From: a virus
Taxonomy: Duplodnaviria > Caudoviricetes
Virus record (IMG/VR): IMGVR_UViG_3300028298_000007
Location: 752 to 64,751 of that record
Reading direction: 5' to 3' (one strand)
Length of the DNA: 64,000 bases
Numbering within the stretch: the stretch's first letter is position 1; every line of letters begins with the position of its first letter. The notes below the pieces were generated by a model, which did not search any database, was not told the origin of the DNA, and saw only the letters and a list, made by a program, of their open reading frames with translations. Shown in pieces: positions 16,561-26,785 of this stretch. A program made the position numbers and the translations under genes.

Positions 16561-19146
16561 ATGACTGGTATCAGCACCTTCGTTAAGCTGTTCTCCGGCA
16601 GAAAAGATGTAGTTGGAATAAACCAGTTCTGCTTAAAAGAACCGCTTACTAAAGAAAAATATCAAAAGCATATAGATGGCGTTCAGCGCATAGGAGTTTA
16701 TCCTATATACGATAGCAGCCTGACAAACTGGCTGGCCGTAGATTTAGATGAGGATAATTTTGAAAAGGCATTATCAATAAAACAAAAGGCGGAAAGCCTT
16801 AATTTAAAAGTATGGATGGAGCGTTCTAAAAGCAAAGGATACCATTTATGGACATTCTTTGATAAACCTATTTCCGCAGTAGAACCGCGGCTTGTGTTTG
16901 AAAGCATACTGGAAGAACTCGGGATCAAATGCGAAATCTTTCCAAAGCAAGATGAAGTAGCTGAAAACCAGTTCGGTAACTTTATCTTCCTGCCTCTGTT
17001 CGGAGGCGATACCAAGAACGGCCGTACTGTTTTTGTCGATGATAAGAATAATCCAATTATCGATAACATCAAGGACATCGATAAAATTAAAGTTACCAAA
17101 TCCTACATCATTACTTCCCTGATATTCTTGAGAAAACTTGAACGCAAGAAAATAATCATTACTGAAACCACCGAAGAAAGAAAAACGCATGCCAAGGACC
17201 TACCCTGTATAGATAGAATAAAACAAGGCGTGGCTAAAGGCCACCGCGATAATTGCTGCTTCCGGTTAGTAATTAATTACAAAGAAAAAGGAATGGGGCA
17301 AACCGATATTGAAACCCTAATCAGTTCTTGGAATTTAAAGAATAAAGAACCGTTGCCGGTAAAGGACTTACTTAAAATAATAAATTCCGTATTTAAAGGC
17401 GGATATAAAAGTTTTGGTTGCGATGATCCGATAATCCAGAATTACTGCAATAAAGAAACCTGCCCACTCACTGATTCCCAAAGGCGCAAGGAACAAATCG
17501 AACAAGGTATTATCACTATGGTTTTTCGCGACAACGAAACTATGGTCTTCAGGAAAAAGAATTATGAGTATCGCTTGGCCGGGTTTGAATTTACCAAGAA
17601 TAGTAAATTTAAAGTATCGCTAACATTATCTAAAGACGGAAAAATTCTCTATAAGGATCTGATAAAACTCGATATGGCCTCTAATCGGCAGCGTTTTGTC
17701 AAGGCGGCCGAAGATAATGAAATAGACGCCGACTTGATTAAACTCGATGATCTAATCAAAAAACAATTAGAAAAAGAAGAACATGATAAATTGACTGCGC
17801 CGAAGCAGCTTTATATCATGACTGAAGCTGAAAAGAACGAAACAATTAAATATTTAGAGAATACTCCTAATTTATTATATCGTGTTATTGATGTTACTAA
17901 CCGCATGGGAGTAGTCGGCGAAGAAGTGGTAAGGTTAATGGTTTATTTATGTTACACTTCCCGGATCATGAAAGACCCATTATCTATTACGGTGAAAGGA
18001 GAATCTTCTAGTGGAAAATCATTCGCCTGTCAAAACGTGCAAAAACTTATTCCGGAAGAAGGATATCACTTTATTACTCGCGCTACTCAGAACGCTTTCT
18101 TTCATCTGCAGGAAGATGGGATGCAGCATAGGATTATCTACATCAATGAATTACCGGGCTCTGAAGGTGCAGATTATTCTATCCGTACCGCACAATCTGA
18201 AGGCGACCTGATTTTAATGATGCCGGTAAAAGATCCGGCCACAGGTGATATGGAAACTGTAACTAAGCGCGTCAAAGGCCCGGTAGGATTTTTAATCACT
18301 ACCACTAAGGCTTCAATGTTTGATGAGAATGAAACCCGTAACTTCTCAATTTTTAGCGATGACTCTCCGCAATTAACCAGCGCTATCGGAAATATTACAA
18401 TCCGCAAAGCCCAGGGCGAAGAATTTATCATTGAGGCTAAAGAACTGAATTTATGGAAAAATATACAACGCCTATTAAATCCTGATTTCAAAGTGATTAT
18501 TCCTTACGCTAAGGAAGTATTTTCTGCCTTCCCTGATAAGCCGGTAAGGATCAGGCGCGACCGGGAACGCTTCCGAGTATTGATTGAGATTATCACGATA
18601 CTGCATCAATTCCATAGAAAACAGGAAAAAACAAAAACCGAGAAAATACATCTAATGTCAACCTTAGCCGATTATTATGTCGCTAAAGTCGTGGCTGAGG
18701 CGATATTGACTTATACGATTTATGAGATAGGTCCTAGTGCCGAAGAATTATGGAAAGCAATCAAGGCCATGTCTGAAAACTGGAAACCGGATAATCCTAC
18801 TGATGAAGAATCGGAATTTGAATTCAAGCACCGGGACCTGGCCGAATATATGGACTGGAAAGTCGAGAAAGTGAAGAAATGGATGTATGTCTTAGTGCAT
18901 GCCGGCATGGTTGATTATGCGGAAAAAGGTTTCGGCGGTAAAGGCAAAGCCTCGGTATTCAAAATTTCTAAGCGCGGCCTAGAATGGTCTAGCGATAACT
19001 TGGGATTTCTGCCTGCAATAGAAACATTGATTGACAAATACCCATGTGATAAATCACAATTTTATAATCCGATTTCAGGGCATGCTGTTAACCCTAAACA
19101 TGCGGAAGCGCCGGAAGGATTGCTTGAAGGAGCGAATAATGAGTAA
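16561..19146 (+). CDS. primase-helicase (AEP-type primase, PriCT-like domain, P-loop NTPase)
   Basis: VDLDED and SKSKGYHLW AEP motifs, GHRDN...W PriCT-like segment, GESSSGKS Walker A, IYINE Walker B. Confidence 0.8.
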   Translation: MTGISTFVKLFSGRKDVVGINQFCLKEPLTKEKYQKHIDGVQRIGVYPIYDSSLTNWLAVDLDEDNFEKALSIKQKAESLNLKVWMERSKSKGYHLWTFFDKPISAVEPRLVFESILEELGIKCEIFPKQDEVAENQFGNFIFLPLFGGDTKNGRTVFVDDKNNPIIDNIKDIDKIKVTKSYIITSLIFLRKLERKKIIITETTEERKTHAKDLPCIDRIKQGVAKGHRDNCCFRLVINYKEKGMGQTDIETLISSWNLKNKEPLPVKDLLKIINSVFKGGYKSFGCDDPIIQNYCNKETCPLTDSQRRKEQIEQGIITMVFRDNETMVFRKKNYEYRLAGFEFTKNSKFKVSLTLSKDGKILYKDLIKLDMASNRQRFVKAAEDNEIDADLIKLDDLIKKQLEKEEHDKLTAPKQLYIMTEAEKNETIKYLENTPNLLYRVIDVTNRMGVVGEEVVRLMVYLCYTSRIMKDPLSITVKGESSSGKSFACQNVQKLIPEEGYHFITRATQNAFFHLQEDGMQHRIIYINELPGSEGADYSIRTAQSEGDLILMMPVKDPATGDMETVTKRVKGPVGFLITTTKASMFDENETRNFSIFSDDSPQLTSAIGNITIRKAQGEEFIIEAKELNLWKNIQRLLNPDFKVIIPYAKEVFSAFPDKPVRIRRDRERFRVLIEIITILHQFHRKQEKTKTEKIHLMSTLADYYVAKVVAEAILTYTIYEIGPSAEELWKAIKAMSENWKPDNPTDEESEFEFKHRDLAEYMDWKVEKVKKWMYVLVHAGMVDYAEKGFGGKGKASVFKISKRGLEWSSDNLGFLPAIETLIDKYPCDKSQFYNPISGHAVNPKHAEAPEGLLEGANNE

Positions 19147-19318
19147 TGCAGAATTAAGAAAACAATTTATTAAAAATCAAAATAAAACAACTATTAAAAT
19201 CCCCACCGAGGGGGAAAAAACGAAATCGGCCATAACGGATCGTGAATCGTATGTTTACCGCAGAAGATCAATGAAATTTGAGCAAAAACGGTATGGCCGG
19301 GTAAAATATCGAATTTCG

Positions 19319-19584
19319 TAACGGTTTGCGTAACGGTTATGTTTTTCGTTATATTGCAATGAGTTAAGTAAGTTATCCACAGGATATTAACAACCGTTAT
19401 ACTATGTGTCCAAAATATATAATAATTATTTTTTTGGGTTTTCATCAGTTTTAAGGGGATAAAATGATAAATTCATTAAAAAATATATTCTTTGCGCCTT
19501 TTCGAATATGGTATAACGGTTTCGTAACTCATTGAAATTACTATACATTCTTTGTGTTACGATATAATGTAACGGTATAACGGT
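19319..19584. repeat. putative replication origin: TAACGGT repeats plus DnaA box
   Basis: TAACGGT at 19319, 19331, 19514, 19570, 19578 and inverted at 19393; TTATCCACA at 19373; AT-rich intergenic region after the primase-helicase. Confidence 0.6.
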
Positions 19585-19642
19585 ATAAAATACAAACTTT
19601 GTTTATTTGCAATACTTTACAATAATTACTCCCGGAGGATCG

Positions 19643-19942
19643 ATGTCTAACATTTCAGAATTTAAGGATATATACAAAAGGTTTGCTGATGCCTTGCGCT
19701 ATATTACCACAAAGGAAGCAGAATTAAAAAAGGATCCGGAACGCTGGGCTAAAGTACAGAAGAATTTTATCGATAAATTCGAAAAACCAATGGATCAAGC
19801 ATGGGAGGCGTTGCCAGTTGAGGACAAGGAACGTTTTGCTTCCCTATATTTATTCAGGAAAGCGCAGCAGGATGAAGAAGTAAAAAAAGTAATTAAAAAA
19901 TTTAACGCAAAAATTGTTAAGGTAACTTCAAATGAAAAATAA
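19643..19942 (+). CDS. hypothetical protein
   Basis: ATG 19643 after GGAGG. Confidence 0.6.
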   Translation: MSNISEFKDIYKRFADALRYITTKEAELKKDPERWAKVQKNFIDKFEKPMDQAWEALPVEDKERFASLYLFRKAQQDEEVKKVIKKFNAKIVKVTSNEK

Positions 19943-21509
19943 AAAAAGAATAATATACGCAGCAGATTTGTTTTGTGGCGCCGGTGGCACATCGACCGGA
20001 CTTTATAAGGCCTGCTTAGAACTCGGGTACGGTTTGGATTTATTAGCGATTAACCATTGGGATATCGCTATTGATACGCATTCTAAAAACCATCCTTATG
20101 CCAGGCATATATGCGAAAATCTGGACAATGTAAATCCGCGGAAAGTAGTATTGAATGGCAAATTAGATTTATTGATTGCTAGCCCGGAATGTACTCATCA
20201 TTCAAACGCAAGAGGCGGAAAACCATGCTCGGATCAATCCCGGGCCTCCGCCTGGCATATCCTGCGATGGGCTGAAGCATTACAAATCCAGAACATATTG
20301 ATTGAGAATGTCAGGGAATTCAAGAACTGGGGGCCTTTAGGAAGTAATTTTCTGCCGTTAAAAAAACGTAAAGGAGAAACATTCCAAGCATTCTTAGCCG
20401 CATTGACTTCTTTAGGATATAAATTAGATTATCGTGTATTAAATGCCGCTTACTATGGCGATCCCACTACGCGAGAAAGGTTATTCATCATTGCTAGGCG
20501 CGGCCGCAAACCTATCCATTGGCCGCAACCTACTCATACTCCTGAAGGCAGCAAAGAATTATTCGGTAAAACTAAAAAATGGCATACCGCAAGAGAAATA
20601 ATCGATTGGAGTATCCCCGGAAATAGCATTTTTAAACGCAAGCATCCGTTGTCTCCGAATACAATGCGAAGGATAATGGCCGGGCTGCAGAAATTTTCCG
20701 GGAAAGAACTCGAGCCATTCTTAGTTATGTTATACAAGTCAAATGATGCGCGTTCAGTAAACAGGCCTATGCCTACCGTAACAGCTAAAGGAAATCATAT
20801 CGGTGTTTGCGAGCCGTTTATCGTTCAATTTAACCGCAATTCAAAACCGGTATCGGTAAAAGAACCATTGCCGGCGCAGACTACAAAAGAACATTTCGGT
20901 GTTTGTCAGCCATACTTGATAGAATATTATGGTAATGGTAAAGCTCATTCAATAAATAAACCATTGCATACAGTTACCACTAAAGAAAGATTCGCCATAC
21001 TCGAACCATTCATCGTACCTAATTTTGGCGAGAAGAAAGGACAGAAACCAAGATGCCATAGTATCAATAAACCCTTGCCGGCAGTAACAAGCCATGGCGC
21101 AGGCGCTTTGATACAGCCGTTTATTTTAGGTTTATCTCAAACAGGATCAAATTCAGCGCGCGTTAGGTCGGTTGACGAACCAATGCCAACGGTTATGACG
21201 GCCGAAGATTACGCGTTATGCGAACCTTTCGTATTAGGACAGCAAAGTTGCTCAGCTCCCCGGTCAGTAGATAAACCTATTCCTACTATTGCCGGCGCCG
21301 GCGCAATATCATTAATACAACCAAGAATCAAAGATAAGATGCTTGATATAAATTTTAGGATGCTGCAACCGCATGAATTAGCCAGGGCGATGTCATTCTC
21401 GGATAAGTATGAATTTGCAGGCAACCGGGAAGCAAAAGTAAAACAGATCGGAAACGCCGTTCCGGTATTATTGGCTAAAGCATTATGCAAATGCCTGCTG
21501 GAAGATTAA
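19932..21509 (+). CDS. C5-cytosine DNA methyltransferase with six internal repeats
   Basis: DLFCGAGG, SPEC, ENV, RERLF and KQIGNAV motifs. Confidence 0.92.
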   Translation: MKNKKRIIYAADLFCGAGGTSTGLYKACLELGYGLDLLAINHWDIAIDTHSKNHPYARHICENLDNVNPRKVVLNGKLDLLIASPECTHHSNARGGKPCSDQSRASAWHILRWAEALQIQNILIENVREFKNWGPLGSNFLPLKKRKGETFQAFLAALTSLGYKLDYRVLNAAYYGDPTTRERLFIIARRGRKPIHWPQPTHTPEGSKELFGKTKKWHTAREIIDWSIPGNSIFKRKHPLSPNTMRRIMAGLQKFSGKELEPFLVMLYKSNDARSVNRPMPTVTAKGNHIGVCEPFIVQFNRNSKPVSVKEPLPAQTTKEHFGVCQPYLIEYYGNGKAHSINKPLHTVTTKERFAILEPFIVPNFGEKKGQKPRCHSINKPLPAVTSHGAGALIQPFILGLSQTGSNSARVRSVDEPMPTVMTAEDYALCEPFVLGQQSCSAPRSVDKPIPTIAGAGAISLIQPRIKDKMLDINFRMLQPHELARAMSFSDKYEFAGNREAKVKQIGNAVPVLLAKALCKCLLED

Positions 21510-21510
21510 A

Positions 21511-21723
21511 ATGCAAATCTTGATTTGGCTACTTACCGTAATCTCTTTAATCGGCGTAGTTCTTAACATTCATCATAGGAAAGAATGTTTCTATTTATGG
21601 ATACTGACTAACGGCGCCTGGGCCTGGCATAATTTAATAATCAAAGAATATCAACAGAGTTTCCTATTCTTAATTTATTTTATGTTAGCTATATACGGAG
21701 TTATAAAATGGAAAAAAGATTAA
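21511..21723 (+). CDS. small PnuC-like membrane protein
   Basis: Three hydrophobic segments ending YGVIKW. Confidence 0.55.
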   Translation: MQILIWLLTVISLIGVVLNIHHRKECFYLWILTNGAWAWHNLIIKEYQQSFLFLIYFMLAIYGVIKWKKD

Positions 21724-22646
21724 TCAATAAAATATACCATACCGATTGCCGTAATTTCATGTCCGCTATGCCGGCGGCCAGCATTGACTGCTGTTTTACT
21801 TCGCCTCCGTATTATGCCTTACGCGATTATAAATTAAAACCGCAATTATGGGATAGTGGCCTTTGGTGCGGGTCGCTTGGGATGGAGAAAGATTTCAATT
21901 TATACATAAAGCATCTATGCGACGTTTTCGATTGCTTAAAAAAACCGTTAAAAGAATCCGGGACCTTATGGGTGAATATAGGCGATACCTATAATAATTA
22001 TACTCCCGGAACTCGGGATTCTAAACGCTGGCCAAAGCAATCTAGGAATGACCATAGATGCGATAAACCTATAATCAGATACCCAAGAAAATCAATGTTC
22101 CTTATCCCTGAAAGATTTGTTATCGAAATGGTAAGTCGGGGCTGGATATCCAGGAATAAAATTATTTGGCATAAACCGAATGTAATGCCAAGCTCGCAAA
22201 AAGACAGGTTTACCGTCGATTATGAAGAATTATTTCTGTTCGTAAAATCCAGGCATTATTATTTCAAGCAGCAATACGAACCACAGAAAGAATCATCTAT
22301 CATTAGGTCTAATTATTATTTCGGCGGAGTTCCGGGATCTGCTTATCCTGACGAAAAAAGAATAAAACCTTACCCCGATAAATGGAAACCTAATTTAAAA
22401 GGAAGGATTAAACGGTGCGTATGGACAATTTCGGCTAGGCCTTTTAAGGGAAATCATTTCGCTAAATTCCCGGAAGAACTGGTAAGGATTCCTATTCTTT
22501 CCGGTTGTCCCCCGCGTGGCCTTGTTTATGATCCGTTTTGTGGTACTGGAACTACCTGCGCCGTAGCTAAAGAATTAGGCCGAAATTATATCGGCAATGA
22601 CTTGAAAAAAGAATATGTTGATATGGCTAAAGAAAGAATGAAATGA
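21708..22646 (+). CDS. amino (N4-C/N6-A) DNA methyltransferase, beta class
   Basis: TSPPYY, IIWHKPN, HFAKFP and DPFCGTGTT motifs. Confidence 0.9.
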   Translation: MEKRLINKIYHTDCRNFMSAMPAASIDCCFTSPPYYALRDYKLKPQLWDSGLWCGSLGMEKDFNLYIKHLCDVFDCLKKPLKESGTLWVNIGDTYNNYTPGTRDSKRWPKQSRNDHRCDKPIIRYPRKSMFLIPERFVIEMVSRGWISRNKIIWHKPNVMPSSQKDRFTVDYEELFLFVKSRHYYFKQQYEPQKESSIIRSNYYFGGVPGSAYPDEKRIKPYPDKWKPNLKGRIKRCVWTISARPFKGNHFAKFPEELVRIPILSGCPPRGLVYDPFCGTGTTCAVAKELGRNYIGNDLKKEYVDMAKERMK

Positions 22647-23578
22647 AAATTCTCCTAATCGATATTGACAGCAAGATTCCTAATTTAGCATTAGCTAAAA
22701 TAAAGAAATACCACCAAGACCGCGGAGATACTGTTTATCAAAAAGAACCCGGCGCACTTTGGTTTGCCAATAAAATTTATGTATCCTGCATATTCGAACA
22801 GAATAAAGCAAAAGCAGAATATTATAAATCTTTCGGGGCGGAAATCGGTGGTAGTGGTTATGATATTTATAAAAAGCTGCCTTCCGAAATTGAAAATATA
22901 AAACCGCGTATTAATTTAGGTTTTACTACTCGAGGCTGTATTCGTAAATGTGAGTTCTGCATTGTGCCGAAAAAAGAAGGCCTGATACATCAGGTAGGCG
23001 ATATATATGATATTTGGGATGGTAAAAGTAAAGACATAATTTTATTGGACAATAATATATTGGCCGCGCCGAAGCATTTCAAACTGATCTGTTCTCAATT
23101 AAGGAAAGAAAAATTAAGAGTAGATTTTAACCAAGGCCTTGACTGCAGATTATTGACGCAGGATGTTGTCAATGAATTAAAATCTATTTCGCATATTGAA
23201 TATCGTTTTGCTTTTGATCATCCGTCTTATTTCCCGGTAGTAAAAAAAGCAATTGATTTATTAAAGAAGAATAGAATAAATAGATGCAACTGGTATGTTC
23301 TGGTAGGTTTTAATACTACGTTTAAAGAAGACCTGGATCGCCTTATTTATTTACGCTCACGTAAACAAAACGCTTATGTGCAAAGATATAAGACATGTTA
23401 TACTGAACAAAAATATATTTTATTGGCCAGATGGGTAAATCAGCATGCTATTTTCTATACACATACTTGGAATGAATTTTTAGATAAAGACAGGAATTAT
23501 CATACAAACAGTAAAAAGAAAGGCTACAATGATTACTATTATCCTCTTAGGCGGCGCGGAAGTTTGGATCGATCTTGA
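22643..23578 (+). CDS. radical SAM protein
   Basis: TRGCIRKCEFC (CxxxCxxC), DNN and FNQGLD motifs; PNLALAKI N-terminus. Confidence 0.85.
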   Translation: MKILLIDIDSKIPNLALAKIKKYHQDRGDTVYQKEPGALWFANKIYVSCIFEQNKAKAEYYKSFGAEIGGSGYDIYKKLPSEIENIKPRINLGFTTRGCIRKCEFCIVPKKEGLIHQVGDIYDIWDGKSKDIILLDNNILAAPKHFKLICSQLRKEKLRVDFNQGLDCRLLTQDVVNELKSISHIEYRFAFDHPSYFPVVKKAIDLLKKNRINRCNWYVLVGFNTTFKEDLDRLIYLRSRKQNAYVQRYKTCYTEQKYILLARWVNQHAIFYTHTWNEFLDKDRNYHTNSKKKGYNDYYYPLRRRGSLDRS

Positions 23579-23804
23579 ACTAGACAAGGGTAGATGTAAG
23601 GCCTGCCACAAAACGATTTATTGGGCTTCTACTTCTAACGGCAAGAAAATGCCGATATGCCAGGACTTGAATGGTAAATGGATCTCGCATTTCGCTGATT
23701 GTCCTAAGTCCGAGAAATTCAGAAGAAAGACTGATTATATTCCTAATACTAATGGCATAGAATCATTAGGTAAATTTGATGAAAGGAGATTGCCGAAATT
23801 ATGA
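23529..23804 (+). CDS. zinc-finger hypothetical protein
   Basis: CKAC...SHFADCP. Confidence 0.55.
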   Translation: MITIILLGGAEVWIDLELDKGRCKACHKTIYWASTSNGKKMPICQDLNGKWISHFADCPKSEKFRRKTDYIPNTNGIESLGKFDERRLPKL

Positions 23805-23986
23805 AATTAAAACTAAGGTGTGTGCTTTGTAAGGATCAACATGCTGCCGATAGCAAGCATTTTCCATTAGAATTGCGCGATAAGAAAGATCATTCTATCA
23901 AAGGACACATATGCCGGAAATGCGTGAAAAAACAGGTAAAACTGGAAAACAGAGAAAAACAGATTGACACCACTAAGAAAATATAG
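23801..23986 (+). CDS. small zinc-finger protein
   Basis: CVLC...CRKC. Confidence 0.5.
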   Translation: MKLKLRCVLCKDQHAADSKHFPLELRDKKDHSIKGHICRKCVKKQVKLENREKQIDTTKKI

Positions 23987-24035
23987 TAACATTGTTACTA
24001 ACAATGTTAGTAGCAAGTTTGCCATAGGAGGCCAT

Positions 24036-24203
24036 ATGGAAGTAAAGAACAACGCTCAAAAACTTTATCGACGAGGAATTTCTAAGTATGAAATCGCTAA
24101 GAAAACAGGCGTTTCTTGGAATACTGTTCATTTTTGGGTGCTTGGAATTTATGATCCCAAACCAGAACATAATAAGAAATTAAAAGGATTATTGGATGCC
24201 TAG
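24036..24203 (+). CDS. Cro-like HTH protein
   Basis: SKYEIAKKTGVSWNTVHFW; ATG 24036 after GGAGG. Confidence 0.7.
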   Translation: MEVKNNAQKLYRRGISKYEIAKKTGVSWNTVHFWVLGIYDPKPEHNKKLKGLLDA

Positions 24204-24651
24204 ATATATTTGTAATGGATGTAAAAGTTATTTTTTTGCTGATGAAGAAAAAGAAGATTTTACAATCGGAGAACAGTTTTTCTGTTCTTATTGTTATCCA
24301 AAAGTAAGAATATGTGGGGTATGCGGGAAATTAAAAGTATTTAAAAGAGAAATTAAAACTGCGATAGGAATTTGTGATAAATGTAAAAAAACTACTCAAT
24401 CATTTCCTAACGCTTGGTTAACATTAAGATTTATTACGTTTAAAAGAGATGAGTTTAAATGTAGATATTGTGGAAGAAGTCCATTACAAGATAAAGAAGT
24501 AAAATTACATTGCGAACATATAACTCCTAAAGTTAAAGGAGGACAAAACATATTAGATAATTTAGTTACTTCTTGCGGTGAATGCAATATAGGCAAGTTG
24601 GATGTCTTATTAGAACAATACCAAATTGATTTAATTAAAAATAGAAAATAA
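24196..24651 (+). CDS. HNH endonuclease with N-terminal zinc fingers
   Basis: RDEFKCRYCG...EHITP...GG...NLVTSCGECNIGK. Confidence 0.85.
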   Translation: MPRYICNGCKSYFFADEEKEDFTIGEQFFCSYCYPKVRICGVCGKLKVFKREIKTAIGICDKCKKTTQSFPNAWLTLRFITFKRDEFKCRYCGRSPLQDKEVKLHCEHITPKVKGGQNILDNLVTSCGECNIGKLDVLLEQYQIDLIKNRK

Positions 24652-24695
24652 AAAAATGCCCTAGACCGCCTAAAAACGCAATCTAGGGCATTTTT
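24651..24695. terminator. bidirectional intrinsic terminator between the convergent arms
   Basis: AAAAAATGCCCTAGA ... TCTAGGGCATTTTT inverted repeat. Confidence 0.85.
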
Positions 24696-24713
24696 CGTGA
24701 TCCCGGGTGCTGC

Positions 24714-25004
24714 TTAAAATTCGAATCGTAATCCTGCCCTCAAATATGGGCTCATGTCTTCTGATTTCTTCTGTTCTACCCCGCCTTCAATAAACGGAAT
24801 GAAGAAGCGTTGCCTGGCCTGATTGATAATTGCCGTTCCGCCTTTACCTATGGTTACATGCGTTTTATTTGGGGAAAAAGCGCGATAAAGAATAAAGGCA
24901 AAAGCTAATATAAGCAACCCACGCCAGGAATGACCTAGCGTATGCAGCCAGGATTCTTTATCTCCGATTATCCCTTTTTTTAATTTAGCAATTATCTCAG
25001 CCAC
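24714..25004 (-). CDS. membrane protein (lysis-module candidate)
   Basis: One TM segment and a C-terminal beta strand ending in Phe (LRAGLRFEF). Confidence 0.5.
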   Translation of the reverse strand: MAEIIAKLKKGIIGDKESWLHTLGHSWRGLLILAFAFILYRAFSPNKTHVTIGKGGTAIINQARQRFFIPFIEGGVEQKKSEDMSPYLRAGLRFEF

Positions 25005-25005
25005 G

Positions 25006-25182
25006 TTATTTTCCTTTTCTTTTTTTATACGCGCCGATGAAATAAATCAACGCGCCGGCGCCTAAAACAATTAACGCAGGCTTATTATCCAGAAGCAGGT
25101 CCATGGCCTGAAATAATATATAGATAGCCGCTAGGCCGCCTACGGTTATTCCTATGTACATTAATTTTGAACTTAGTTTCAT
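25006..25182 (-). CDS. holin-like two-TM protein (58 aa, not in ORF track)
   Basis: MKLSSKLMYIGITVGGLAAIYILFQAMDLLLDNKPALIVLGAGALIYFIGAYKKRKGK; basic C-terminus. Confidence 0.5.
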   Translation of the reverse strand: MKLSSKLMYIGITVGGLAAIYILFQAMDLLLDNKPALIVLGAGALIYFIGAYKKRKGK

Positions 25183-25397
25183 GTCTGTTCTCCTTTCTCT
25201 TGAATTATCTCGAGCTCAAGTTTCCTAAGCATAAGATCGAGTTCTGCTTGATCCACTCTATCCCGGGAATCAATCATTTTTTGTAGCTTCCAGCGAAGCG
25301 AAGGTTTTTCAAGTAACTGTAAAAACACTTCTTCGAATATTTCCAGCTGAACATCGGTATTGATGTTGATTATATTTTTCATTTTAATTTTTAACAT
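25179..25397 (-). CDS. hypothetical protein
   Basis: ORF in the late operon. Confidence 0.5.
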   Translation of the reverse strand: MLKIKMKNIININTDVQLEIFEEVFLQLLEKPSLRWKLQKMIDSRDRVDQAELDLMLRKLELEIIQEKGEQT

Positions 25398-25411
25398 AGT
25401 ATTTTTTATTT

Positions 25412-26236
25412 TTAATTTGCTTTAATATAGCCAAGAACAGTGATTGCCGTAGTACTACCAGCACTCCAGTTTTCTCTGGATAACCATTCAATAATACCGG
25501 CAGCGTCAGTTTCAATACAGATATATCCGGTTTCGCCGTTATTTACCCTCAATGTAGTAGTTCCCCAATAGGTTTGTGAACTTAATGCGCCAGAACCATT
25601 GGGTCTAAATGCATAAGTTTGAGGATCAGTATGGTTATTAGCAACCTTTAAAAATACTAAAGCATATTTGCTTCCCACTATAGAAGATAAATCAAGATCA
25701 GAAAAACTATTTGATGTTCCACCGCTATAAGCCTGAGTTCCTGAATGCGTCCAAACTCCTGGAAGGTTTGTTAACTGGCTTCCATCAACCGGAGGAAGTT
25801 TTGACGAAGCATCCAAGAATACAGGCCCGCTGGCCGCGTTATTAGCAACAGTTGTGGCCAGGCCACCTTGCGCTCTTGGAAGTGTGCCTGTAAGATATGA
25901 TACATTTAATTTTCCGTCAGCCCCTAATATAACAACACCGTTAGCAGCATTAGCTGCCGATGTAGCGCCGGTACCTCCGTTACCAGTAGGTAAAGTCCCG
26001 CTGACCGCTGTTGTTAACACTATTTGTTTACCGCCAACACCGCCGGTATGACCATGGCCGGAGCCAGCGAACAGTATTTTACTTTCTTCGATAGCTGCTG
26101 ATGCCGATACTTTAGCGTTAGTAATCAAAAGCGCTACGTCAGTGCCTAAAGCCAAAGCATCCCAATTAGCCCGGCATTCTCCGGGGAAGTTTACAAGTAA
26201 TCCGTCATCGGTCGGTTTTGCTGCATTCCAGGCCAT
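25412..26236 (-). CDS. tail fibre / receptor-binding protein
   Basis: Gly-rich GTLP..GG repeats, LPPVDGSQLTNL motif, C-terminal beta domain. Confidence 0.7.
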   Translation of the reverse strand: MAWNAAKPTDDGLLVNFPGECRANWDALALGTDVALLITNAKVSASAAIEESKILFAGSGHGHTGGVGGKQIVLTTAVSGTLPTGNGGTGATSAANAANGVVILGADGKLNVSYLTGTLPRAQGGLATTVANNAASGPVFLDASSKLPPVDGSQLTNLPGVWTHSGTQAYSGGTSNSFSDLDLSSIVGSKYALVFLKVANNHTDPQTYAFRPNGSGALSSQTYWGTTTLRVNNGETGYICIETDAAGIIEWLSRENWSAGSTTAITVLGYIKAN

Positions 26237-26238
26237 TA

Positions 26239-26559
26239 TTAACCCTCCTTACCGGACATTATATTCTTCAAAGCACTCTTAGCGTATTGCTGTATAATTT
26301 TGGTCATGTTATGGATAGGCACGTTATGATCCCTTAATTCATCCATCCAGCAATCGCTATGAAAAACCATATTTTTGGTAAAATTTTCCGCGTGTTCCGG
26401 GCATTTAAACAATGGCGGAGTTTGCGCGAAGTATTTTTGCAATATAATAGCAGGCTGCACTACCACGAAAGCCGCATCCTGGATATCCTTTTGGCATCTA
26501 TTGCAAAGCGGAAACTTAACTGCATTAGGTTTATTTTCTTTAGCTTTTTTCTTAGCCAT
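26239..26559 (-). CDS. hypothetical zinc-binding protein
   Basis: CNRC...HSDC. Confidence 0.55.
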   Translation of the reverse strand: MAKKKAKENKPNAVKFPLCNRCQKDIQDAAFVVVQPAIILQKYFAQTPPLFKCPEHAENFTKNMVFHSDCWMDELRDHNVPIHNMTKIIQQYAKSALKNIMSGKEG

Positions 26560-26560
26560 T

Positions 26561-26776
26561 TTACTTCTCCTTTTCTTTTACAGAATCTACTGCATTTTTT
26601 AAGATTGTGGATATTATAGGAACGCTGATTTTAGATTTTACAGAAATCGTATTGAATTTATTATCGACCTCTCCGGTTTCGTTATCCTTTATTTTATAAA
26701 CCAATATAGCCTCAGTATAATTCCCTTTTGAATCAATTTCAATGATTAATTTTTGCGGCTTAATCGTTTTAGCCAT
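26561..26776 (-). CDS. hypothetical protein
   Basis: GGAGG RBS; tail module. Confidence 0.55.
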   Translation of the reverse strand: MAKTIKPQKLIIEIDSKGNYTEAILVYKIKDNETGEVDNKFNTISVKSKISVPIISTILKNAVDSVKEKEK

Positions 26777-26785
26777 ATATCCTCC

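Noticed and set aside
16698-18908. Several antisense ORFs of 60-130 aa inside the primase-helicase gene (similar ones occur within tape measure, capsid and terminase genes)
   Set aside because: They lie wholly opposite well-supported genes and have no motifs or RBS.
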